Part shown: piece after piece, positions 1 to 15,200 of the stretch
Position numbering within the stretch: position 1 is the stretch's first letter
How the letters are laid out: every line of letters starts with the position of its first letter
Source of the DNA: Lytechinus pictus
Lineage: Eukaryota
Reading direction: 5' to 3'
Assembly: GCF_037042905.1 (NCBI RefSeq)
Contig: NC_087245.1
Location: 10,356,001-10,420,000 of the forward strand
DNA: 64,000 nt
Translations under genes and position numbers: made by a program
The notes under the pieces: generated by a model
The model's input: only the letters and a program-made list of their open reading frames with translations
Databases searched by the model: none
What the model was told of the DNA's origin: nothing

Positions 1-3000
1 TGTAATAAAGCACGAATGTGATTTGCTAGACATGGATGTAGTAGTGATGTAGATTAATTGTTATCTAGCTTCGCTGTATCTCTAGACCCCCCCCCCCTTT
101 TTTCTCTCTCTTTCTCTCTCTCTCCCTCTCTCCCCCTTCCCTCTCTTCATCTTGCGCCCATATTATTCGTCTTCTCTGCACCACTTTCTAATCAAGAGTA
201 CTTGTATGTCTTCTTCCATTGAAAGATCGTGTATTCATGAAGCCATCATCCTCCTTCGCAGTATACACAGCTCATATCTTTACACATCTAAGCCAGTGTG
301 TATATATTTCCATGTTAAGATGTTTACATTCTCAACTTTCATTTTCTACGAGGTTAAAGGGAAATAGAGTGCTGTGGAACATTGGGTAATAATATTCATG
401 ATATTGATGATCCTTTGGAAATATATTAGAGCAGAAGTATTGTTAAAATTACAATAATCATTACAATGATACAATAATCAGAAAAATCAAATTCGGTGTT
501 CAAATTTGTTGTATATATATTTTTTTGGTTATCGGGCTATTAAAGTGACACGTTTCAATGAACTTTTTCACGTACTTCACAACCATGTTCATTCTAATTT
601 GCACAGTGTTCAACAATTTTTGTCATATACGTTTTTCACGTTTGACTTTTATCTTGGCTGCTCCATAGAGAGCAATATAAAATATGACAAGGGGGCTAAA
701 TTTGATAGCCCATATGTAATGATTGTTAGCGTAAAATAATTATCTGCAGGTTTATTAAAATTTCGATTCGGGAATCCAACGCAATATTATACGATAATAT
801 TATTTTTTGAGCTGTGGTATGTTTCTACCGTGGTGGGCCTATCGTATTTCCATTGTAGGACCAGTATTATTATACACCACAAAAGGAACCAAATAACTTT
901 CGGTTCATTATGAAGCAGTATAACATCCTACAAAGAAAAAATACACGATAAATAACACTACTTACTTGATAGTTGATGATCTCATTGGAACCTCACATGA
1001 AGCTATACTGGGATGATAGATGAAGTGAACCAGCAAATGGAGTATCATACATAGTGCAGAGATATTGTTTGGTATACATATACCAATCAGTGTTATATAT
1101 TGTAAATATCTATGTATATATGTATATGGCAAGAAACTTTTTATTTTGAATATGAATGATATAAATTGCCCCTCTTCTTTTAAATTCGAGCAAATTGTTT
1201 TTCAAAATTCCTAAATCGTGCTGACACACAATTTTATGGGGGGAAAATGTTACCAGTTGATTTTCATTTATTCGTATTTCTCAATTTTTACGTGGATTAT
1301 TTGCTTCGAAGTAAACATTTTTCTTCAAATTATTATTTCACATATGAATTGATCGAGAACAACTATTTAATCAGACATAATACGTGCAATACGTCCCCTG
1401 TATAATTGTTATTCTTTCACGCTTGATGATCATCCCTTCCTACAGAAGCCCAGACTGCCTATAAAACCTTTGTTATGACTGATTTAAAGCCTCCAATGGT
1501 CATTACCGAGCTTTAAATCATGTTAAGGAGATAATTAGTTGTAATTATTTGGCATTGAAAAGGGCGATGTCATTTGCCAGATCAGATGGTACAGAGTACA
1601 GTGCTCGTTGCTCGTTGATGTGAAATTTCTGAGAGAATTCACCGAAGTGGAAAATAAATAAAAGGAGGAGGCGGTAATTCTGATGGATTTGCCCCGTAGG
1701 ATTATTCCATCTATTCATATCGATAAAGGAAGGTCGATGAAAAGATACCTACTTGTGTGGTTGCGATGGTAACGTGGACCTTAAGGTGATCTTTTGAAAC
1801 CATGGTTATTACCACGTCAACATAAGGTAACATCAATCGATTGCCACATACCCTGGGATGAAGGCTGGATAAGTGAAAATAGAGATGGTGACATGACCAG
1901 ATGGAGATGGACGGAGAGAGGAAGAGAAAGACACACGAACAGAGATAGAGAGAGAGAGGAAGAGAGAAAGGGAGATTTATATAAATTATGTGTGTGTATA
2001 TATATATATATATATCCCGCTTTACATCAAGTTGTCATTTAGTTGTCATTAATTATAAGGTGAATTTTAATTCAATTTTGTAGAATTCAGAAATTTAGAA
2101 CGTTTTATTGATTATAATTATATCAAGATGTATGTAACAAAACTTATTGTAAATGATTGTTGGAAATGGAAAATAAAATAAATGAAATGAAATATCTAGC
2201 AATTCTAATGTCTACTGGTATGTTTCGAAAAAGTGACGCTGGGTCTCCACAATCCCAATTCTTTGAAATTCCCTGGATGTGAGTGGAACATGGATATCTT
2301 CGATATCTTCACCCCCCCCCCATCCCTCCATCTCTCTCCTACTTCATACCATCGTTGGCTTCTTGTGTAGGCCTGCGTCTTCCCTCATCAGATTTCAATT
2401 TCACTATCAAATTATATATTACATTCACTCGCGTAATGACGTTTTAAGGGGCTGGAGAAAATAATAATTATCGACAAAATTTCAAACTTAAAATAATGTA
2501 TATTAAACAAATATACATTATATATATTAAATTCCAGCATAATTTCTTCATCTTTTTACTGTAGCTGATATGACATTTTAACATGCTGAATCAGTAACAG
2601 AATCAGCTGATTAAAATTATGATTTTATGGCTCGCTCGCTTTTCTCGGTGATAAATCTTCAAAAATAGTACACCTTACCCATTATTCGGCCCCTTAATTT
2701 CCCCTTTGCCCCGTGATACCACTGATTTCAATTTTGCTCTTCTTCAACATCATGCCCCATGACTCACTGGTCGAGTGACAGCATCCAACGCGCTCCATGA
2801 TGTCCCTGCTGAGGTGACAGATGAGAGAGCTATTGGAACAGCAGGGAACCCCTACAAGGGCTTTAAAGGCAAACCGTCATCTTCGTGGTCATATAGGCGT
2901 ATGTATAGGCCTAATATATTATTCAGAAAGAATATAAGTAGACATTATACTTGTGATTAAGTCACTCGGACCAAATCTCTCATTACGCAGTGTTGCACTT

Positions 3001-4622
3001 ACACGTACTTTAACATCGTAATTTGGAACCAACCAATCTTCAAACAACCATAATGACTTCATATCCAGCAGATAGCCAACAATCAAAACTTTGCGGGCGA
3101 TGCATCATGGGAAGTCAACAATACAAGCGATACAAGCGATGAATTGTGATTTCAAGCCATACAAACGAATATGACATTACGTAAGGAATGGGTGAATATT
3201 GGACAAATCACTGTTGAAAGGCAGTTTGTTGACAGTGCACGTAATTGTCGATAGACAGTTTGGTTGTTAAAATTACTTCCCCGTCGGCTTTTATGTTTAA
3301 ATAAAACAAGAAAATAAAAGATGGCAATATTTTCAAAAGTTATCCATAAGTGAACTTTAATTCCTCGCAGTGTATAGTTATTGCCTTTTTTGTACTTATT
3401 TTACTAATATGAACGGAGTGGCTAATTCTTGTTTAAAAACCCAGACTAATTTTAAATTATTAAAGTAAGCGCATGGTCGCGCATTGGCCTTTTATTAGAA
3501 CCCTAGTTCGTAAAAGTCTTGATTGTTGAAAGGTGTGTGATATTAACATTTTGGATGAATGAATTTGGAAAAAGACTATAGTACATGGAAGGTAAACGAC
3601 AAGAAACTCATGTATGACGAATAAAGTAACAACTAAAGGGGAAAGAATCCATAAACTGCGAGATTGTGAATTCTATTTGCAGTTAGATAGTTTTCATTGA
3701 GTCAAGCTAATGACTTCTATCAAAGTGCTTAACTTCCGAAAATAAACGAGATTTCTTTGAAAGAAAACAGTTGGTTACATATTGGGCTAATGTAGTACAT
3801 TCACCCTTTGACGTAAAAGACTCGTTATGAAATACACGTTATATTATCACAGGCTAATAGCATAGCAACAAAACATTTCGTCTGAAATTTGCTACTTCCT
3901 TTAAAATCTCGGTAGAGAATATGAGTGAATATTATTTTTTGTAGTTGTGAAATGAAGATAAAAATGATAACAATACTACACACCACCCGCGAGGAAGTGC
4001 TTATCAAGGAGGATTGAACAGCCTAATTGGATGCCAAAACATGAATTGGAACATTTTGGCTACTCCTTTTGTAAAGTAAGACTAAAAGTTAGGCTCTCTG
4101 GAGAGAACATTATTGGAAGAGTAATTGCTTTGCACCTGTCTTTGATTCGATCAATTTTCGAGAAATTTTCTCTGGATGTGTGGTACTGTTCATCGTCATT
4201 CTGCAGACCCGTAGCGGTCGTACGCTGACCCCATAGACCCCGTATCGTGCATTTTCTGCTATTCATGTTTTTTATGATTATCATTTTTTTTCAAAGAGGT
4301 TTTATAAAGATGTTTTGGAAAGCCAGGGAGCTTCATGACAAAATATAAAAATGATATATAGTACGACATGGTAAACATGACTTGGATAACCCGTAACCAT
4401 GGTAACAGGAACAATGCATGGATACGACAGACGATTATGATCGCACGTGTGGGTGGGTGTGCTTGCATGCTTGTTTTTGCTTATTTCTGTTTTATGTACA
4501 TATTTGTAATTTATATCTTCGTTTGTTATGTATGTTGGAATTTCTTTCATTGTTTACATCTCATTTGATGTATGGCCTCACTCAGCTCTGCCTTTTCGGG
4601 GTCCTAGAAAACATTTCATATA

Positions 4623-5623
4623 CAGCGCGTCCCAAAAAAATGTCCCTCTTATATGGGGCTAAATTACTTCAAAAAATAAAAAATATTCTCAATGAAATGT
4701 ATTTAAGTAGAAAGCTCATCTCATGTTCTAACTTCTATAAAAATTTCATTGGTCTCGCTTTAGTGGTTTTGAATACACAGTCTATTATGTAAAAGTGGTG
4801 CTTTTCAGCCCATTCCAAGTTTGCATGCATGCAGCACTACTGTGTGTTCTGCATTTTCTAGCATATCAACCCCCTTTGACCATTCTGACCAAGGAATTCC
4901 CTGATCTGACCAGGGAAATCTCCATGATCTAACCAGGCTCATCAAATCACAACCCTGAGCATGTTTAGAAGGGCAAAAACAATATTTGACAGCTCATTTC
5001 ATGTTTGAAAATGGGAGATGCACAATGATTAAGACAACGGGTCATGTCTGTTTAATTCCTAATTCATGCCTAATACTGCATTTTTGTTTTTATTAATGTT
5101 TTTTTAGTTAATAAGCTACTGTGGTCAAGTTAATTCAATGTAACTTTTTAAAAGAAAAAAAAGTCAAAATTTTCTCTAGTAAAGTTCCTTATTCGCAAAG
5201 GGTGTTTAACTTGCGGATTCACCTTTATTTTTGAGCTTATTTTACTCATCCATCATTCACATTTCTTTCAAGTTGGTGCACTGATTCCCCTTATCAATCA
5301 TAAAAAAACTTGATTTTTTTTATATATTTCTTGCCCTTCTGAACATGCCCAAGTTTATAATTTGATGAGCCTGGATATGATTAGGGAAATGTCACTGCTC
5401 AGATCCTGGATGTAAAATGGGGGTTAACATGCCATAGACAATGCAGATATGCATCAATGCTGCAAACTTGGAATGGGCTAAAATGCACCACTGTTACGTA
5501 ACAGAGTGTGTATTCAAATCATGAAATGAGCTTTCTACTCATGAACATTTATTTGAGAATACTACCACATTTTAGAATTAATTCAGTCCTATGTCAGAGG
5601 GACATTTTTTTGGGGACGCGCTG
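4623..5623. mobile_element. Non-autonomous Tc1/mariner-type DNA transposon (MITE), 1001 bp
   Basis: TA flanks at 4621-4622 and 5624-5625. Terminal inverted repeat CAGCGCGTCCC(C)AAAAAAATGTCCCTCT, with imperfect inverted homology continuing about 200 bp inward (e.g. cagcccattccaagtttgca / tgcaaacttggaatgggct). No transposase ORF. Confidence 0.88.
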
Positions 5624-7469
5624 TATATCATATATCCTATTGTATATCATCTGTTCATTGATTCGTATGTCTGTTTTTTTTATAATAAATTTGACTTGAA
5701 CTTGAAGGCGTGATAGACTATTATTGAAATATCTTATATAAATGAGAATGCAATTCATCAACAAACTATGTCAAATTGATTAATCAATATGTTATTTCAG
5801 AAATACGTTTGTGTCTGAATGTCACAGAGAACTGCAATAATTTAATTCAATTAGGTTATTGATCTTATTTACTTTCCCCTTTTGATCATCACAATCATAC
5901 TGATGCTAAATGCGATATACCGATAGAAAATCAATTTAGCACAAACATGTTTTGCGATCCCTTCTATAAATCTCTTTCTTTTTTACCTCTCTCCCTCTCT
6001 CTCTCACTCTCTCTTTATCGGTCCATCCCCTATCTCTTACAATGTTTTTCCTTTTTATATTTACAATGCTCTTCACCTCCTACCTTAGAATAAGAGTGAT
6101 CTCAAGTAAAAATGTTTTAAGGGATCAGAATGAAGAGGGTATTGATGACATTTGTCTTCAGGAAATGTACTCGAGAGATTTAAGGAGTTCACATCATATA
6201 TATTCTTCGAGTATTTATCTTCCCAGTGATCCTATGGATTAGGGAGATATCACATCCAACACTCATCATAATATGTTCTTAGTTTCATGAGTTTTCTCAA
6301 CAACTTTAGGAGAAAAAAACGTGCTTCTTAAAAATACGTCGAGTGGTCAATACCAACGCAAATACTCACAGAGCGGAGGTATAGATTTCTTTTATGTTAA
6401 CTTTCTGAACAAATTTTTTTCATCTAAAAACGAATGTTTAGTCAGGTGTTATTCAAAATGCGAGCATTCCATAGCACAACAAATATCACCAAATTAGTCC
6501 CCCATCAATAATTATGAAAAACCAGGGGGCTCGTAACTGTGATGCTGCAATGTTACAACAGATTTCCCAAACCATCACTTAACTTGTTTAACGCAAATTT
6601 TAAGCCGTCAATTTCATGCAAAACTCTAGCCGTTCTTTGATATATTGTGAATTATAACCCCAAGCAAGTTTTAAAAACATATTGATCATCAAACCATTAT
6701 GAGGAAAGGTAACACTAACGACATTTTAAAAAAGAAAAAATCGCAAACCTACATGTTTTTGCGAGATGTCTGTTTGGAGGGGGGGGGGGTCGAAAGGCAT
6801 TAATCTACTGTTTCATTTGTTGCGTTTTTGCACCCTTATTACCTCAAAACTACATTGTGTTGTTGTCAACTGTATACTTCGAATTTAACTGAACCTCATC
6901 ACAATATAATTCTTATGCTTTATTCTCAGTCTCACATAGTTGTTTCAAGTAATATAAATATGTACGTGAACAAAAATATATCGAGCAGTAGTACCATGGA
7001 ATAGCTTCATGGTAGTACAGTACACTATACTATAAGAGACTTATAAATTATCATAATACGATCCGGGTAATCTAAGTGCAGGACACAGGCTATGATGTTT
7101 CGCAAATTGCAACTTGAACTTCTATAAGCAATGAATCTTTTTCCTTGCAGGGCTATACGTATACCGGGGTCTCATTTCTCGATTCTGGTAATTATACGCC
7201 ATTACCGGTCAACAATAGGGGGTCCTTCTTGGCCCTCCCTCGGTCATCATTAAACCATAATTACCCCTGAATATTTTTAAAGCGACGTGGTGAAAGGGAG
7301 TGATCGGGATTAGTAATACCTTATTGAAATTGTTAATACCCCTCGTAATTATAGTATTAACCGAAATAAAGGCAGTGATTAGAGGTTGGACGCACACACC
7401 CCTTCTTCTCTAGAAGAGACTTCAATGTTCGATCGACCACCGTCGAATTTACCCCTTTTCACGCATAGC

Positions 7470-7634
7470 CTGGGACCCGTTTCATAAAGCTGATCGTAAG
7501 TTAAGAGCGACTTTAAGAACGACTGGTGATCTTTTCTTGTGGTAAATGACGTTCACCATTAGCGCGTAAGAAAGGATCACCAGTCGTTCTTAAAGTCGCT
7601 CTTAACTTACGAACAGCTTTATGAAACACCTAAG
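7470..7634. mobile_element. Fold-back (palindromic) MITE, about 160 bp
   Basis: 60-bp inverted arms at 7479-7538 and 7568-7627 with 2 mismatches and a 29-nt spacer. Superfamily not determined. Confidence 0.8.
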
Positions 7635-7825
7635 CATATAAAGTATATGCTAAGAATTGGGGTGTGCTCCCGTGCAGCCTCCTCATCACATGCACCGTTG
7701 AAAACAACTAAACAACCGACCTAGGCTGTTACGTTATTTACAATGCTATACCATCGGTTGGTGTTGAGAGTATAGAAAAATGATAAATGTAGTGAAAGGG
7801 TTATAAAAAACATGAAAAAACATGT

Positions 7826-7840
7826 GATAGAGAGGAGATG

Positions 7841-7882
<42 letters not shown>

Positions 7883-7900
7883 TGAGGGGGGGGGAGAGGG
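7826..7900. repeat. (GA)n plus poly-G tract (similar tracts at about 87-148, 1912-1972 and 11848-11932)
   Basis: Polypurine GA and G runs seen directly. Confidence 0.9.
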
Positions 7901-7963
7901 ATGTGGGTAGAGAATGTTATATAAGCATTGTACATGGGACTATTATAAGGTTATTGGTTTTAA

Positions 7964-8558
7964 AGGGGAATCCAGCATTGGCCATTAATGTTGTGTTGGG
8001 AAGGAGAAAAATAAATTAAAGAGAATGGTAAAAGTTTGAAAGAAATCGGACAAGCAATAAGAAAGTTATAGCTGATTTAAAATTGAGATCACTAATACTA
8101 TGTAGATTTCAAATTGGCAACTGGGTCAGTAAATTATGACAAGGGCAAGGACAACTTTCCCATAGGCCATGTACTTTATTATCAGGGATTTGTGGTTTTA
8201 TCCTAAGTACCCATTCCCCTGGGGCAGTAATCTAAATATAACCCAGGTAGTATATTGTTTTATGTCCTCATGAAAGAAAAAAATATAATTTGAAATAAAA
8301 CTTTTGGGGAAAATGAAATTTTAGCCATAATATGTATTGGAGTACATGGAAGAGTAGTCCTTGCCTTACATCACTATGACATCCCATATGCGGCCAATTT
8401 GAAGTCTCCATGGGTATAGTGATAACCAATATTTACAACTTTTAAAAATTCATAACTTTCTTGTTGTTTGTCCAATATTGTTCAAACTTTCACCTATCAA
8501 CTTGCTGATTTTTCTTTTCCTTATAAAAAAAAAGTTTTTATTTGGGTTGGATTCCCCT
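7964..8558 (+). mobile_element. Kolobok/T2-like MITE, family A, copy 1
   Basis: TTAA TSD (7960-7963, 8559-8562), termini AGGGGAATCCA...TGGATTCCCCT and about 120 bp of imperfect TIRs. Roughly 95% identical by eye to the copies at 21708 and 35143. Confidence 0.92.
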
Positions 8559-11500
8559 TTAAGTACCCATGCAAGAAGTAAACTTTCAATATGATATAAA
8601 TGCCAACAAACGTAAACCATGTAATCTGACAGTATGATAATTGTGCATCATGGTATATGTATGATTACAACTTCAAAGTAACAATGTGATAACGCGAGAG
8701 AAATGTGGTCTGATTTTCGAGGAAAAAAAGAAGAAAAGAAAACCCAACTCGAAGACTGTAGCAGAATGCGAACTGTCACTGGCGTCGTGATAAGAACACA
8801 CAGATTTGATAGTTATACAGAAGAGAGATAGAGCGTGGCGCCAAATCCGCCTGTCAGCAGCAGCTGAATTATATGCCACTCGCAACTTGACGTATAATAT
8901 TTTTATGTTTCGTACATTTTAATTGGCATTGTGATGTCTTTGGTAAGGTGTAGACGTAATGGAACGACTGACTGTTGTATATCTTTGACTATGAATTCGA
9001 TTTTGCGTATTTCTTGTTGTAAATATATCTTTCTCTCAGACAGCCCTCTCTGTATTTTTTAAATCTCTTCTTTATCCATTTGTCTATCTCCTTCCACCAT
9101 TTTCTCTATCTGCCTCTCTCACACCCTCTTTCTCTCTCTCTTGCCCTCTCTCATTAAACAGCATTCTAGTTTACCTTCCCGATTTTTCTCATGTCTGTTC
9201 TTCTTTTTTTTTCGTTCTTTCTTATTGGTTTCTTTCTCTCTGACTCCCTCTTTCCCTGAATTCTCTCAATCTTATTCATCCTTTATCCCTTCCTTCGCCA
9301 CTCAGTTCCTCGAGAGTGAATATCAGTGTTTTCCTTAATAAGAGCTGAAATTCAATACAACAAGGGAAAATAGAAAGGGGTTCTTTTGTACTTAAAGCTT
9401 TACGTAGGCTAACAACAAAAAGCCACCTTTTCGTCTCAAAAGAATTAAGAAGATTTAATCCCTTCCAAGGGTAACCTATCCGAGTATTTCATTTTAAGTA
9501 GGTGTCATTTTGGTCTCATTTGTAATATTTGGATTCCATTTTCTTCAATAAGAAATGTAATTTCAATCAAGTCATGAACCCTCACTAGAAAAGGGGTCTT
9601 ATACTTGAGACTAAATTATAGAAACTAGAGAGGGGAAGCGGAAGGCTTTAATCCCCCTTTTTTCAATTTTCATCCTTCAAATTCAATACTCACACAGAGG
9701 GCCCCACCAATCCGTGTATATAAACAACAAGCACATTCTGTCAAATAAATCCATGCATTTATCCAAAGTGGGGGAGGGGGCGACAGCATGTATTGTGACG
9801 TAGAGCTAACGCGCACGCAAAGGTGTTGTAATGATGGGGATGTTTGACAGCATCGCCATGAAGCAATGTTGTAACTCCTGTATTCACACAATACGTGTGA
9901 TTGCGTTGGCTGGCGCCATGAAATTTTGACAGGTGTATGTATAGCGAAGGTCTGACCAAAGATAAAACCGGTGTATCAATTTGCATTCTTAAACCCCACC
10001 ATTTATTTCTGTTTGAAAACTTTAATTATTTCTTATCTATTGGCCTTTTCCATAAATCTTAAAATTTTAAACACTCTTTAACTTTAAAATCAAATTTAAT
10101 TTCTTCGCAACATAACGTTGCAAAATACTGTGACGTACAGTTTATTGTCAATTAAATTATAATTCACCATGTGTATAATATGTCAAGAGATAATGCTTGA
10201 GATGATATTGCATTCACATAATATTGAATACATTGTTATTCAAACATTTCATTTCAGTTCTGATCGTTATGACTTCAATAAAAGTACCTTCGATAATATA
10301 AAAATAGCAACAACGGAAAAAAGACAAAAGTGAAATACAGCCACAGCCATAAAAATAAAGAGAGGAAAAGTGAGATAAGATAAATTGGACGTCTGTCTAG
10401 GTAAATTGCAAGCAAACTGTGATGAGAGAAGGCTCTTTGTGAGTAAAGTTGAGTGCTTTCTTCTCGTGAACCTCCTTCAATTCAAGCCTAATGCATTTTA
10501 GCTTAGACTGGCTCCAGTAGAAGTATCATTAATGTGACTATAATGGAACTTTAGATTTACTTACAGGCTAAGCTTCAGGAGCTTTCTATCTGCGAGTGAG
10601 ATGGGGGGAAAACGAAAGCAAGTGAAAGTATTGGAGGAGAGGGTTTAAAAGTGAGGGGAAAAAGCGGGACTGATCGTCAGGGAGCGAATTATTAGGTTTG
10701 TGCCAGAAGAGTGGAGATTGCTCCTGCGTTGTGGTTGCTCGGTGGAATGGAGAAAAAATGAAATCCGATTTAAAAAGTGAATGGAAGCCCCTTTCTGCAT
10801 TCTCGTAAACAATTTGATCAACAACAATAAGCACACTATGCATGTAATACACTACTGACTGACACGATTGTAGAGAGGGAGAACCCAATGGATACTGCAG
10901 ACTGAACAGGCATTGCTTTTTATGCAAGTTCCCTCATATTTCACCATATTTCAAATTGTCTTTTCAAATCGCTGTATTATTTAATTTAGATGAATGATGC
11001 CATGGCTGATTTGTCTGATACACCATGTTAATTCTTCTGATGTTAAATTGTTTTTGTATTGCGTTCATAATCATGTGAAGTATGTAAAATAAAGTCAAAT
11101 ATCAAATATAAACAGTATAAAACACAAGGAATAAAATCAAAATACGACGAATTAGGCTCTTTTCATAACCCCAAAACAATAAAAGCCTTATGATAGCTAT
11201 GGCAATTAAATGAATTTAATATGCAGTTATATATTCATAATCATGATAATATGATTTCAAGATAATTGAATCATGTAATGTGAAAATGAAGAATGTCTGA
11301 TAATAAACGAAAAGGTAGATTATGTTGGTTGGAAGATTGTAGTGATGTGTAAAACTTTCCCATAAATGTGTTTTATTGTAATCGTTCATTGAATTGAATG
11401 AAATACATTTCATTTTCAACGTCGCTCAGAATTTACAAAGCCAAAGAGTTTCCTGTCATTTATTGATCATGACGTTGGTGTTATTTAAAGGGATTTTGTT

Positions 11501-11951
11501 CAATTTAAACTATACCTGTTGTAAACACATTATCGCCTTTCTCACATATAAAATATGTGAGAATTCAATGCTTAAATATGTTAAACGTGTGAATAGAGAG
11601 AGTTGATGAATTATCATTTAATGAGTATGAACCCAAGATTTTTAGTCTCATTTGGTCTCGGAATCAGATCTTCCAGGTTCCAGTCCAAAGAACATGTCAA
11701 GACCAATTTGTGTCTTGTTATTCCCTGATTGGAGGTGATGTGTAACGCAGCCAGCTTGGCTTGATGTCTTTTTGATCAGCTTGGAACAGTCCCACGCTAT
11801 TATACTGAACAGGAGACTTGCTTTACATGGATGTGACACGGTATGATGGGGGGGGGGGGGGGATGAGAGAGAGAGAATGAGAGAGGGGGATAGAGGGGGG
11901 GGGGTAGAGGGGAGAGTGATTAAGTGAGAGGGAATCGACCGATTACGATTT

Positions 11952-12298
<347 letters not shown>

Positions 12299-15200
12299 TA
12301 TTAAAAATGATGACGTTCATTATCGTTTTTATCATCCTTATCATATTTATCAATATTATTATTATCACTAAACCATCATCATCATTATCATAAGTTCTTT
12401 TTTAATATACAGTTAAATTGGCATTTAGACATAAATGTTACTTGATTCGAATGAAAAGAGGATGATGCAGTTTTTATCTGAAATCAAAGATCTTAGACAT
12501 ATTTTTTGATAAATTTCATGAATCTTTTAATTATATATATTCGTGTCATTTTTATTCTAGTTCTACATAGAGAATATTGAAAAACATAGAAAAGCAGGTA
12601 GTGTTTCTAAACAAATGAAAGTAAAATGGGGGAACTACAAAATAATTCCTCGAAATGTTAGTTGGGAGAGACAACAAGAGAAGAGGGGAGGGGGGTACAT
12701 ATAGAGAATATAAAGAAAGAAGGAAATAGAAAAGGCAGACAGGGACATAGATAAATGACAGGCAGATGAAGGATGCATGTTTCCTCAACAGTCCCACGCT
12801 ATTTATTTTCATGTTTGTATAATGGAGGGTATCACAGAGTCGCCAACGAGTTCCACATCTGCATGCGATGATATGAAACCCATCTGATCTGAGGAGGGTC
12901 GAAATGAGTGACGGATTCAGGGGTATTGGTAGCGTGTCGTACCCCTACATGCAGCACCAGCAACCAAAGGGGGGGGGGGGGGGGGTCCACCCTGTTGGAA
13001 TCTGTTTCTCCATGGTTTATTTCTTAAGGGCAGTCCGAAATCATAGATGCTCATTTCTGATTCAAACCCGTCTGTCAAAGCCAAATTGTACAACCAAATC
13101 AACTAGATCTCTCTCACCCCCCATACGAGTAAGAACCCTATCCCGCCTCTGAATTGCACGGATCATCTTCTTACACATTGCCTATGGCTGGGGACAGACA
13201 AGGGCCGAATGACGGCCGTGGGTGACATTTGAATTACAATTAATTAAATGAAATCAATAACTATATGGTTCGAGTGGCTGTCATTAGTCGCACCAATATG
13301 TCTGTCTCCTATATATACACACACACACTGATATATGGCTAGTGTCCTTAAAACATTGCGTCTGTACAATGTATGCATTTTGTATTCATTTTTAATACTC
13401 TTACCAACTTCGCCGTTCATAATATCGATGCCACACAGACATTATTTGACAAGTCAATTGAATTCGATCATTCTGTGCGATATTTTCCATGACAAACTTG
13501 AGAATGCGAAAACGGAAGATCACAATATCCCTTTTTCGTTATATAAAAACTAATTTTAATGAGTTCTTTCATGGACAATAATCTTTTCAATTACCAGACT
13601 CCAAAAAGTCTAAACTTTTAGTAAATTAATATGCCTCTTTAATGCTTGATTGGCAAACATGCTACAACACACCAACAAAAAAAATGGAAGAAAGGGGTTT
13701 ACGTTCAGAAATAAACAATGTAACATAGTTCATAAGTTCATTCGTTTTTAGTTTAAAATTATCTACCACACACATTATTTTACGATGCCATTTTAGTTGC
13801 TTAGCTATTCTCTTCCATTTGCTTTCAGTTTCTTCAAAAGGTCTTTTTAATAAAAAAATATCTTGGTTATAATTCAATAAAAAAGTACGTTCGTGATTGC
13901 CCAATTCTATGCCATGAAAAAAAGATTTACAATTAAGAATATTATAGTAGTACTATCATAACTTGAGCTAGTGATGAACTGTTTGAAACAATTTTGTTAC
14001 AAAATCGAGGAATAACTATTATATCTATGAATAAACATTTGACAACTATAAGGAAGAATATAAAAGGACAGCCATTTGGAATGCAGCAGTGAGCGGTGAA
14101 ATTTCAGATCCGTAGAGTCCTGCTTCATCCTGTATGCCCAGCCAAATTCATTTCCACTTGCTATGTCACAATAGAGGAGCGGGACAGATAGGTTCGCCGT
14201 CTCCCATGGCATAAATTATGCTTGAGTTATGGATTTTCATATTGGACGGGAGACAGGAGAATGGGTGAGATGCTGGCAAGGGAGAGAGTGATATACACAG
14301 CATGAGTGCAACCGTCTGAGATCTACCGAATCACTTTTCATTAAATAATCATGTCTAAAATAAATAGATGAACTAGTTCACGGACATACGATTATCATTT
14401 TGTTGTTAAGCCAGATGATTTGGAGGTTTATTGTTTAACCTTTTGAAAGTATTTTTTTGTTTATACTTATTGGAATACTTGTTAAATTGAAATATGTTAA
14501 ATGCTATGATTATCAATCTTTAGAAAATATACTTTTCTGTGTTTGCTTATGTTCTTTTGAAATAAACTGTAGTATATATAAATCTCTGCTGTCATCATAC
14601 AATCGATGATCACTCTATTTCTCATTTATCATCAAATCGTCGTCGTCATCATTACCAGCAGTGGCGTACAGATGAGAAGGGACTTGGGGACACTTGCCCC
14701 TTCCCCCCAAAAAGGAGAAAAATCTCGACCAAGAAAAAAACAGAGAAAAGGAAAGAAAAAAGGGTGGAATATGATATAATTTTCTGACTATTATGTCAAA
14801 GTCTATCACAAAATCTGATTTTTGTAAATCAGACAGTTGTCAGTGATAAACGAACAAATAATTTAAGTAATGATTATAAGACTGATAATACACACATTAA
14901 TGATATTAAAATCAATAATAATCATTATTATATACATGTCATTGTCATTTTCATGATCATAATCATTATCACCATTTTCTCCATCATTTTACATCTACAC
15001 TCTCTTGAACGAACAAGGATTTGATTAAAATTAATCCAGATCAGCTGTGGAAAAGTCGAATTCTTGATTTAATTTCAATCCTAAAGATTTACTTTTAAAC
15101 TCAACTTTATATTTAGTCTTCAGTATCTATTTTTTTTTTACTGAATCATGGCCCCGGAAGCGAATATGGATTTCTTTTCAATCCGTGACATTCAGAGTGT

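Noticed and set aside
57..80. TGTTATCTAGCT, resembling part of miR-9
   Set aside because: The seed is absent and there is no hairpin precursor.
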